In this document: in pieces, positions 53,292-64,000 of the stretch
Layout: each line of letters opens with the position of its first letter
How positions within the stretch are numbered: position 1 is the first letter of the stretch
Assembly: GCA_951406725.2 (NCBI GenBank)
Contig: OX597816.1
Location: forward strand, 147,312,001-147,376,000
DNA: 64,000 nt
Reading direction: 5' to 3'
DNA from: Octopus vulgaris
Taxonomy: Eukaryota
Program-made: the position numbers and the translations under genes
Notes under the pieces: generated by a model
What the model was told of the DNA's origin: nothing
Database searches by the model: none
Seen by the model: the letters and a program-made list of their open reading frames with translations, nothing else

Positions 53292-53995
53292 AAGGGCGGC
53301 GAGCTGGTAGAAACGTTAGCACGCCGGGCGAAATGCGTAGCCGTATTTCGTCTGCCGTTATGTTCCGAGTTAAAATTCCACCGAAGTCGACTTTGCCATT
53401 CATCCTTTCGGGGTCGATTAAATAAGTACCAGTTAAGCACTGGGATCGATATAATCGACTTAATCCGTCTGTCCTCTCTGTGTTTAGCCCTTTGTGGGTA
53501 GTAAAGAAATAGGTATTTCGTTTGTCTTTACGTTTTGAGTTCAAATTCTTCCGAGGTCGACTTTGCGTTTTATCCTTTCGGGGTCGATAAATTAAGTACC
53601 AGTTGCATACTGGGGTCGGTCTAATCGACTGGCCCCATCCACAGAACTTTTGGGCTTTGGGACTAGAGTAGAAAAGAATATCTATTTCTTTATGAAGGTT
53701 GCCAGCTGGCAGAAATATTAGCACGCCGGGCGAAATGCTTATAGGTATTTGGTATGTCTTTACGTTCTAAGTTCAAATTCCGCCGAGGTCGACTTTGCCT
53801 TTCATCCTTTCGGGGTCGATTAAATAAGTACTAGTTATATACTGATGTCGATATAATCGACTTAATCCGTGTGTCTGTCCTTGTTTATCCTCTCTGTGTT
53901 TAGCCCCTTGTGTGTAATAAAGAAATAGTTATTGCGTACTGGGATCGATCTAATCGATTGGGCTTCCTCCCCAAAGATTTCGGTCTCTGTGCCTT
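53292..53995 (+). mobile_element. Cluster of MetaSINE-like units: a dimer at 53292-53676 plus a second composite at 53694-53995
   Basis: Repeated A/B boxes and body; junction GTAAAGAAATA|GGTATTTCG at about 53511; near-identical 17-mers AATAT(T/C)TATTTCTTTAT at 53275 and 53677, a probable target-site duplication. Confidence 0.92.
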
Positions 53996-56056
53996 ATGAG
54001 ATATTATAGTGGCTATTATATTGTCACGTTTCTATCTTTATTGTAACGTCACTTCGCATTATATGTCGTTATGAAATAATATACATTTTGCTAAATTAGT
54101 AAACTAACAAAAAGTATATTGATAGTTCAGCGAGATAAATCATATTTTTTTAATATATTTCTCCCACAATCGATTAAACTTTTACAAGTATTCAAACCCA
54201 ATAAGCTTGTGCTCACGGATATTCAGGTGTTTCGTTGTCAACATTAAAAAAAATCGTACATTTCTGAACTATGGCCTTGGTGCATACATTTTTCGTTTGT
54301 ATTTTGGTGTACAGGAGGAGTATAGCGGCATGGTTATTTAAAATTGTTTTACTGAAATGCTTTCTGGGCACCAGTTTTATTTTAAAATATAGATCTCTTT
54401 ATATAGTTTGAGTGCGGTATAATATATTGCTGTGTCGTCTACATGAGATAGATTTCTGATTAACAATTGTTTCGATTCTACTGATTATATTCTTCACAAG
54501 ACCAGTGTTAATATAGAGAAAAGTATAACGTAAAGTACTGAATAAGTTTTCTACACATACATAATCACATTACCACTTGATTTGTATCTCTCTGTCTCTC
54601 TACACTTTCTACGTATATGCATACACACATACATACAGACATAGACATGCAGACAGATAGAGAGACGATGAGAGAGATAGAGAGAGGGAGGGAGAGAGAG
54701 GCATTATAGGCATTTACTTAGATAAGTGTTGGTATGAGGTCTTTTTATTAATGCAGTCTGACAGTTGAAAGATCACATTTATTGGACGTTTTCTAAGAAT
54801 TTGGACTATTGTCAGTCGAAATCAATGTTACTATTGTATTTCAGCAATGCTCGTGGTGAGCTTTTATTGATCGTTCAATGATATTTTCATTGCAGAGACT
54901 GAGATCCACTTATAGTAAACGATACACACTGTACCATTTCAAATCTTTTATTGGTAACCAACCAATAAAATTGCGTGACAAAATAGCCATGAATTTGTGT
55001 TTTGTGGAAAACTATATTATATTCTTAAGCTTGTAAAAATTACCGTTTTGACGGCAGGATTTAATGCCACGTTCACATACAATAGACTACTGATAATAAC
55101 TCCAATGGAAAAATGATGTTAAGTATTAGAGATTTCAATGAAATCAAGTGTGTAATTTAATTTATTATTATCTCTATTTAATTGTATTTGTTTATAACAT
55201 AATAGAAATAATAAACTGCTAAAAAGACTACAAAAAATACATTTCTAAAAATAAGTATTGCTGATATTCGTCTCCATGACACCATTAATCCTGAATATAT
55301 GATCATGTTAAGTAACATTCCATAAATTTTCATATACAATGAAAAATATTTTGCAATCTGATATTGAAAGTGAAGACTAAAAAATGTATTTATAATGATG
55401 CCAAAATAGAGAAATATTTGGATAAAAAAAGAATGAAATTAATATATGGGGTACTGTTAAATATGGCCTATAAGGATTATTAATTCCATAAAATATTTGA
55501 CGTAAGAAAATTTACCGTAATGTATATTTCATTTATTTATATTTGCTAACACACACCATGCTGGCAACTTGATTTTCACTTTCGGCTTTCACTGAAACTA
55601 TTTCTGAATAACTTATTTTGATACCTATTTAGACATATGTATATACAGATATAGACTCCGCACACACACACACACTCTCTCTCTCTCACTCTTTTGCTCT
55701 CTTTCTTTCTCTCTCTTTCTCTCACACACGCACACGAACACACGCGTGCACACACGCACATATTCATACACACTCAAACACAGCATAAGCACACACCGAC
55801 ATACACTTATGCACTTACAAATACATGCATATATGTATGTATATGTATATATATATATATGCATACATACACACGCATTTATATATATATATATATACAT
55901 ACATACATGCACACATATTTAGATATGAATATGTATCGGTAATTTCATGTGTATATAACATCGTGCATAATTGTATATATAGATATATATGACTATGTAC
56001 GTATGTACTCGTGCGCATGCACGTCAGCGTGTGTGCGTGCGTGCTTGCATGCGTGT

Positions 56057-56087
<31 letters not shown>

Positions 56088-57229
56088 CGCGTGTGTGTTT
56101 GTGTGTGTGTACATATCCGGATGTATGATTATATATTACTGTCCCTCTACTTACCGAGAATTTACCACTTGTCGAACTAGATTTTCACAGAAGTTTTATT
56201 GCCGAATATCAGAAGGCACTTTATTCTTGTTTAAATGGCACATGAAAACCGAGTAGGATCGTAATGAAATCTTGGTCGTAAAATATTCAACAATATTCTG
56301 TTATTTATATACATTATTTAAACATTAATATTTATGGCTTATTTTTTCTTTTAAATTATAGCGCAGGCATATTTATCATCAGGATAACCTATAACATTTT
56401 TTGATACTGACAATGTATCCCCTAAACTTTGAATAGAGTAGTATATCACGTCGATTACTTGTTTTCAATAGCCAAATCGTATGTCCATATATAATCTCCG
56501 AAGCGGCTTGTTAGGATGATGGGGTTGCATCTGGTTTTGGCGGAATAATTTATTATAGTGTTAAAGCTATAAAGTATATCACCGTATACAGCGCTTTTCT
56601 TTCGATAAAGCTAACAAAGATAGTTAATGCTTCACTTAATCTAGGTACTGATAATAACATGTTTTGTTATAAATAGTCTATATGAAATCGAGATAAAATA
56701 GTAAGGTGTCATGGCCTGAAAGTTTAACTGCGGAGTATTTTTAGAACAATGCGGTATAGAGTAGATTAACACTTGTTAGTTAAGAGTGCGCTAGCGTACT
56801 TAAAAATCCAATAAACTCTATTTGGTTAGAAGTACATTTTTTAGGAAAGACAACATTGTGAAATAGCTAAATGGAATAGCTGAATCGAATAGCTAAATAA
56901 ATAGCTGATCAAAAAAAGCTGAGGATATTTTGAGTAGAGTTACGCGATGAGGTGCGTAACTCAGTGATTTTGATCAAGAGTCTACTCTTCAAAATTGAGA
57001 CGTCACAGCTCTGGTAACTGGAAAATTTAATTATAATGTCAGACATAATGAACGCAAGATGAATTGCTCAAGGCGCGCCAAATTAAAAGTAGACCAATTA
57101 GAAGATGTTTGGATAATATCCATAACGTTAGTTGGCCCAGCTTGAGAGCAAAGCCGGAAAATGCACTGACAATGCATATATCCAAGTGTGTTCATCTGTT
57201 CGCCTATTATCTAAGGCATCTCAGATGGC

Positions 57230-57770
57230 GAATTTCTGGAATGTTGTTCCTTATGCCGTTAATAGATTGAATTTCGAGAATCTGTGTCTGTTTCTTTTGC
57301 TCTTTTTTCGAAAGACCTGGTATTTCTAGGATTTTGTGGAATTTGATGTGTACATCTACTAATACACCTATGATGATATGTTCAAATTAGAATTTATAGT
57401 CAGGGTTCAAGAGCTGTAAGTTCCTCATTAATTCACCATAAATATCCTCTTTGATGGTAAATTCACATCCGCTGGGCGGCTGACCTCTACAAAAACATGA
57501 ATTTTGTTTCCCGTCTCATAGAAAAGTATCAGTCCTGTTATATTTGCACAGGATTGATGTTTTTAATGGTTTCTTCCACCAGTATTCTTTGCTTTTAAAG
57601 GTGTGAATACCTGTTGGTTCTGACATGCCCTTGATATATACGTTAGAGCAAACCTTTCGATGGATGGCGTTGTAGATAGTCATTGCAACTATATCATGCC
57701 TCAGGAGCAGATAGTATCTCATAGACATTTTGGGCCTGTTGCTAATGATGTGGGTAATACCTTCCAACTA
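57230..57770 (-). mobile_element. Degenerate RLE-type (R4/NeSL-like) LINE 3' fragment, distinct family
   Basis: EGITHIISN.PKMS.RYYL..RHDIVA..KEYWW..CKYNRTD..VEVSRPADVN..IYGELMRNLQLLNPDYKF. Confidence 0.75.
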
Positions 57771-59399
57771 CTATAGCAGTGCACATATTTTATATTGCAA
57801 CTTCGAAGTTTGGTGACATTTTTGTGTGTCTTGTTTATCAACTATTCATTGTTGATATAACATGCTCCATTATGTGTATTTGCATGTATGTATGTATGTA
57901 TGTTTGTATGCATGTATGTATGCATGCATGTGTGTGTGTGTGTATATATGGGAGGAAGGACGACGTTCTCAAGCTTTTCGTAATACTAATGAAACTGGTT
58001 GGAGTAAGAGGGAGCGTTATCCTCAGACCAGAAAACTTCTTGAATTATCGACAGCACAATCAGATAAAATAAGTTACCACAGAAATTTTAGTATATCCGA
58101 CGGAAAAAAAAATATTCATTGTCTTTGAAGAAGGAATTTTGCATCCAATGATTGGGCCAATTTGCAAACATGGTAGAACACTCTAGGTGTTATGCGGAGG
58201 AAGTGTATTCTGATCGGAGTGAGTTTGAATCAGATGCTTTTACCTAACCGGCATGTTTTAAACTTTTGCTAATAATCAGACTCCAAGGTTCTAACTGGCG
58301 CATACGTGCTGATATGTACCGACAATTGGACGATATGGGAGTACGTAAGTAATACCTTCCTCATGAAAACTTAGAAGTATTTCTAATATTTTCATGGTAC
58401 AGAAATGCGGTATTTTCACATTGTTCCGTTATTAAACTATTTCAATAGAGATGATGTGGTTCATGTTGCTTACATCCGTGCAATATCATAAATATATATC
58501 AAGTATTGATAACTGATATCTCTGAGAGATAACCATACCAAGGATTATTAGAACATACTTCAGATATTGAGAAATATTCCTAAGCGTTCGCAGTTGTTAA
58601 TATATTGAATATCAATTCACTAGAAATCAATATAGAACATATGAACATATCAACTAGAAAGCTTTGGCAGAAGATAGATTTAATACTCTCATACACTCGA
58701 ATGTACGCATACACACATAATAATGCGTGAGTGTGATAACGTGTGTGTGTGTGTGTGTAGTATATTTTACGTTTGTACGAAAGTTGATTATTCCTCACGA
58801 TTCAGCAACAACAACTAATACTTAGATGTCTAAATGTCGAAGGTGAGGTGGCGTTAATAAGATTATAATTATTCGCACTATTAGCCACATCATTAAGTAT
58901 GATATTTGTTTAAATATTTACTTCTACACTACATATTAATCGGTTTGATCTTCAATCGTCATCAGGTATCTTATTCCCGACTGATGTGTAGGATGGTGGT
59001 AAATATTAGGAGGTGATTAATATATAAAAATGAGGTTAATAGTCCGAAAAATTATAATCTAATTAAGAATTAATACTCATGGGTTCTCATTAATTGGCAG
59101 TAATTTTAATTACAACAATAAAATGACTACATTCCTGCAAAATCGCCTAAGAATATTAACGTTTAAGACCGTTGCTCATAGATATTAAATATTCGTGTGT
59201 ATGCGTATATGTTTGATAGATTCAGATATATATGTGTGTGTATACATATACATAAATGCATACATGCACGAACACACTCACACCCACATATATATCCATA
59301 TATGTATATACGTGTGCATCTATGTGTATAGAAATATATATAGGTACATATACATAAACAGACACGCATATGCCTTTTATAAATAAAATGAGACAACAA

Positions 59400-59660
59400 A
59401 GCCAATGTAGAGTGAGATTTCTAGGACATTTTATAAAGAGGACAGTCTTACAGCTGTTTCAGAGATATAAAAGATGATCTCGGCATCAGAGACGATATGA
59501 GAGAGTTAAACAGAAGGAAATAGTAGAGTTCAATATAAGAGGTTATTTTTAAAATGGAGAGATATAGGAAGTATAAAGGGAAACATAAGAATAGAAATAA
59601 AGATATATCTTGGATATTAAACTTGCTGTAGAATGGGTAAAAAGGCTTCTTATCCATGGT
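59400..59660 (-). mobile_element. PLE-like 3' end/pLTR fragment with hammerhead-like motif at 59446-59490
   Basis: TCT CTGATGC CGAGAT..ATCTCT GAAAC AGCT GTA AGA; homologous to 23038-23270. Confidence 0.65.
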
Positions 59661-59751
59661 ATGTAAGACCCGATAGGAACTTATATATAATACACACAAG
59701 GACGCACATACAAACGCACGCACGCACGCATACACACACAGACACATACAA

Positions 59752-59782
<31 letters not shown>

Positions 59783-60023
59783 TGCACACACATATACACA
59801 CATATCCTTTGAGGTAGTGCTCCAGCATGGCCGCAGTCAAATGAGTGAGACAAGTCAGTCGATAAAAGAGAACAACAATACAATACTGCAAACACACGCA
59901 CATATACATATATGTGTACACCATATATGTATATGTATATTGTGTATGTGTGTGTGTTTGTGTGTGTGTATATATATACACATATATATATATACACACA
60001 CACATATATATATATATACATAT

Positions 60024-60068
<45 letters not shown>

Positions 60069-60142
60069 ATGTACATAATTATAACAAGGGATTGGCTATA
60101 AGCCTCTCCGCGTGCTAGAAATAGACGCCAAAAGACATTAAT

Positions 60143-61510
60143 TGAGGTGAAATAGTTGTGCCGTATTGTCGTTATGTGATGCGATTTAGATTTTTGTTGT
60201 GGACGGATGGCACGTGGTCCAAGACTTGGATGCATTTTGAAGGTGATGCCAACATCATTCGGACAGTGCTGATGGAATATTTTCCACATCATACAGATAA
60301 TGTAGCGTTCACGGCGTCGTTGGAGTGAATACAATTTCAGCTTCTCTAGTCTACCCCAGTAATCAAGGTCTGACATGCCATCTATCTTTTTTGTGATTGA
60401 CCTTTGGGGAGCTTCAATTCTCATAATATTTTGCTTTTTGTAGGGAGACCACAGTGGACAGCAGTATTCAAGGTGGGGTCGGGCAAAAGTGGAGAAGAGA
60501 AGGATAATAGCGTGGGAATCTCTCGACTGGAAGGTTCTGAGAATCCAGGAACACATTCTGCGGGCCATGTCAACTTTGCTGATTATATGTGTAGCCCAGC
60601 TTATGTTGTTGTCCACTGTTACTCCCAGGTCTCTGACGTTGTTGGATGCCATGAGAATTTCTCCAGAAGGAAGAGAGTATGGGAGTTTCAGAGCGTCCTC
60701 CCTTCCAAAGTGGATCAGTTCGAATTTGTCTTCATTTAGCAACATGTTATTCTTTTCCGCCCATTGGACAACAGCCAGTAGGTCTGACTGAAGGTTTATT
60801 CGGTCATCCACGCCATTGATGACCTTCTGGAGCTTGGAATCATCAGCGAAGGTTCTGATGTTACTGTGCTTGATGGTGTCAGTAATATCATTTATGTAGA
60901 TGATGAAGAGAAGTGGGCCCAACACAGTGCCTTGTGGGACACCACTGCTGACTTTGGCTGGGCTGGATTTGACTCCTTCGACTACAACATGTTGGGTTCT
61001 GTTAGACAGGAAGCACTTGATCCACTGCAGCAGCTTTCCAGTGACACCAATATTGGACAGCTTTCTCAGAAGGATCTTATGATCAACCCTGTCAAAGGCC
61101 TTGCTGAAATCAAGGTAGATGACATCAGTGTTGGAACCTTCTCCCAAGGCTCTCAAAATGTCATCAAAATGATGCAGTAGCTGCGTCAGGCAATCTTTCC
61201 CATTACGGAATCCATGCTGGTTGGGGTTCAGTATATTATGACTCTCAAGGAAGTAAGTCATACGCGATCTCAGCACCCTCTCAAATACCTTGATGATATG
61301 AGAGGTGAGTGAGATTGGACGGTAATTCACGGCAAGCGATTTGTTTCCTTTTTTGAAAACTGGGACAACAGACTGGGATAGTAGGTCTTCTGGTATATAT
61401 CCAGCATCCAGTGAGTTCCGCCACAGATTGGCTAGAGGGGGTGCAAGTTGGTTATGCTTCATTTCCTTTATTGCTGCTAAGACATCAGGAGCGCCAAATG
61501 TTATGTCAAC
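60143..61510 (-). mobile_element. CR1/L2/Jockey-group LINE reverse transcriptase segment (about 450 open codons, 5'-truncated)
   Basis: NYRPISLTS, QHGFR, YLDFSKAFDRV, GVPQGTVLGPLLF, FADD, RDLGV, RPHLEYCCPLWSP; the ORF-track ends beyond these limits are read-through into unrelated DNA. Confidence 0.95.
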
Positions 61511-61753
61511 ATTACACCAGGACACGTCAAAAAAGAAACTGACCACACAAAATTCAAGAAGTCTTTGGATAAATTCCTTCAAACAGTACCGGAAAAACCA
61601 CCCACACCCGGATATGTCTCCGCAAACAATAACTCTCTGCTCGAATGGGCCTTGGTGCCCAAATCCTGAACTGAAAGACTTCGCCAGGTGGTGCTATTAA
61701 GTTAGACATGGCCTGGGCCAATACTGGCCAAAACATTTCTAAGTTATTCTAAG

Positions 61754-61757
<4 letters not shown>
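61506..61757 (+). mobile_element. 3' terminus of the same LINE type, opposite orientation
   Basis: NITPGHVKKETDHTKFKKSLDKFLQTVPE..PGYVSANNNSLLEW; 3'UTR AGGTGGTGCTATTAAGTTAGACATGGCCTGG.. with (TTCTAAGTTA)-type tail. Confidence 0.85.
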
Positions 61758-61809
<52 letters not shown>

Positions 61810-61901
61810 GTATGTATGTATGTATATATATATATGTATGTATGTATATATATATGTATGTATGTATATATATATATGTATGTATGTATGTATATATATA
61901 T

Positions 61902-62232
61902 AAAACTTAGATAAAACTTAGATATGTTTCGACCAGAGATTGGTCCAGGCCATGTCTAACTTAATAGCACCACCTGATAGGATTATTCGAATCCTGTTTA
62001 AGTCAAGTTTTGTTCAAGTAGTGAGTTCTTGTTGGGTGAGTTGTATCAGTTTTGTTCAAGTAGTGAGTTCTTGTTGGGTGAGTTGTATCCAATTATGGGT
62101 GGCGTGTCTGGTATTCTTTGAAGGAATCTATCCAGACTCTGTTTGAAGTTGATGGGATCCTTTTCCTCTTTGATCTCCCTCGGGACAATGTTAAATAGGG
62201 CAGGGCCTGTTGAGGAAAAGAAATTATGTTGC
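61902..62232 (-). mobile_element. Second 3' terminus of the CR1/L2-group LINE, with a 42-bp tandem duplication (62006-62089)
   Basis: [47 protein letters not shown]; same 3'UTR motif as 61686-61713. Confidence 0.88.
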
Positions 62233-62258
62233 AGTGTACATGTATGTTGTGATATATG

Positions 62259-62307
<49 letters not shown>

Positions 62308-62691
62308 ATATATATATATGTATGTATGTATATATATATATGTATGTATGTATATATATATATGTATGTATGTATGTATGTATATATATATATATATATA
62401 TAGTTATGTATGTATATATACATATATACACGCAAGAAAAAAACATCTCATGTACATTATATAATGAAGGTGATTTTACTATTCGAATTTTATAACAAAA
62501 ATTTCACATCACGTCGCATTTTCTTGTAAATTACCGACTGAACAACTATGCAATTTGTACCAATTTGCAGATTACCACAAATGTATTTCGTTCCGAATGT
62601 GAGATTAAATATGTCCATTGTAATTAATTTATAAATGCAGAATGAATAGGTATGTTTGTTAGCACTATATAATGTATTAATCTACATTTCA

Positions 62692-63810
62692 TTATTTATT
62701 TCCTCGTTTAGAAGATATCTCAGGTGTGTCACGCTTCAGGTTCCAGCAGAAGTCAGCCAGCATTTCTGAGCTCCATTTTCCCTTATACCTATTTGCTATC
62801 GACGCTATATCTTGATGGAGCCTCTTTGCACGTTCATTACTCACATCTCCTGCATTCTCTGGGAAGAAGGAGAGATGAGAACGAAGAAAGTGTATCTTCA
62901 GTGGAATATTGCATCCGAGATCTTGGCAGGACTTGAATCTCACTTGGTCACTTGGTACTTTCTTTGCATATATCTGTGAATGCATACCAGACCGCTAGTT
63001 CAGTTTCATTCATTGTCGCCTCGAAGCCCCCATCTGTTATAAGTTAACGAATCTGAAGGCCTGCAAGTATGCCCTCTTTAATCCTGGCATCATTTATTTT
63101 AAGCAAGATCGCCTTGTGTTACTGGAAATATCGTTTGTTATGTTGCAGTGGTTTGTTAAATTGCTTCACTAGGCCTAGTTTTACATGCAGCGGTGGCAAA
63201 ATGATTTTCTCCTTCTTAACTAGTTGCTCATGGTTTATATTATGGCATTCAGGCGTCATAGTTTCCCAAGGTGGCCATTCTGAGCGTACATAATGTTCTG
63301 ATCTTTGCAAAGGAAACACATATATTTAGTGTGTCCAGTTTGTAGCCCATTATGTAGAGCTACTGTTTTCAAGTCTGTACAAACTAGCCACTCATGCTCC
63401 TTATACCTTATGTTGTCTAGAATAAAAGCGAGGTTCCCATTTGTCTCTCTTAGAATGACTGAGTGAGCAATTGGAACTGAAGACATGGTGCTTCCAATGT
63501 GTAACAGAACAGCTTTTTATGCTATAAAGGGAAATATCTATGAATAGCCTCCAGTCATTTGTTTCATAGGTCAGCTCGAAGGCATTGAATAAATCTCTAT
63601 CATTACAATAAATTAAGATGTTTTCTTCAAATTGAAGAATTGCTGTAGATCTGCAGAATGCTTCCTAGATACTGTAATTGAAGCATCTTTATCCAACAAG
63701 TTCCATTGTCGCAGACGTGAAGCCAGGATTTCACTCTATTGCCAATTAAGTGTTAAATCACAAACTAGATCATAGAGTTGAGGTTAGGTGATGAGGTGCC
63801 GTTTCTTGTC
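62692..63810 (-). mobile_element. Degenerate DNA transposase, Chapaev3/CMC-like
   Basis: LYDLVCDL..SEILASRLRQWNLL; WRLFID..IKAVLLH; HEWLVCTDLK; LQTGHTKYMCFLC; ILPPLHVKLGLVKQF; LKIHFLRSHLSFFPENAGDVSNE..RLHQDI..RYKGKWS..MLADFCW; multiple stops and frameshifts. Family assignment from recalled motifs. Confidence 0.8.
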
Positions 63811-64000
63811 AGATACATCATGGATTTGGACCCATTTAACTGTAAAAGTATTCAGTGTACTTTTATAATTTTCATAGGTTAGGTTTATAATTTCATAGGT
63901 TAGGTTTACAAATAGCTTAGGAACACCACATTAAAACTATATTAAAATCTGTTCATAATTTTTAGTGTTGTCAGTTTCAACCCAATCTTGTTTGCACTCA

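Noticed and set aside
56929-56995. Nested hairpin GAGTTACGC..GCGTAACTC as a pre-miRNA or terminator
   Set aside because: Only a 9-bp stem with asymmetric flanks, within chance expectation for 64 kb.
59855-61582. 575-aa ORF as an intact gene
   Set aside because: Chimeric: only about 60143-61510 is RT. The ends read through an inverted LINE 3' piece and microsatellite, and the endonuclease domain is absent.
9796-62495. Dozens of ORFs rich in YI, CV, HT, poly-I, poly-Y or poly-N
   Set aside because: They are translations of (TA)n, (TG)n and (TTA)n microsatellites, not genes.

Overview
AT-rich, microsatellite-saturated eukaryotic DNA. Repeat style ((TA)n, (TG)n, (TTA)n, (GATA)n tracts, tRNA-derived SINEs) looks like an Octopus/cephalopod genome; this is inferred from recalled repeat families, not proven. 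No host protein-coding exon could be supported, so the window is probably intronic or intergenic. Almost every long ORF is either a microsatellite translation or a transposon remnant. Remnants include R4/Dong-like RLE LINEs stacked in (TAA)n tracts (two clusters), L1/Tx1-like LINEs, a CR1/L2-group RT with a 5'-inversion, an RTE/BovB-like relic, Penelope-like elements with a GIY-YIG ORF and inverted pLTRs, a DD37D (maT) transposon and a Chapaev3-like transposase. The most interesting signals are: (i) many minimal hammerhead-ribozyme-like motifs, two with a compensated U3-A8 core, often inside foldback structures; (ii) a possible tRNA-head plus hammerhead SINE-like element; (iii) a SINE whose 3' 44 nt match the 3' end of the local Tx1-like LINE; (iv) repeat-seeded (TAA)n landing pads colonised repeatedly by different Dong-like families. 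All alignments were done by eye and boundaries are approximate.
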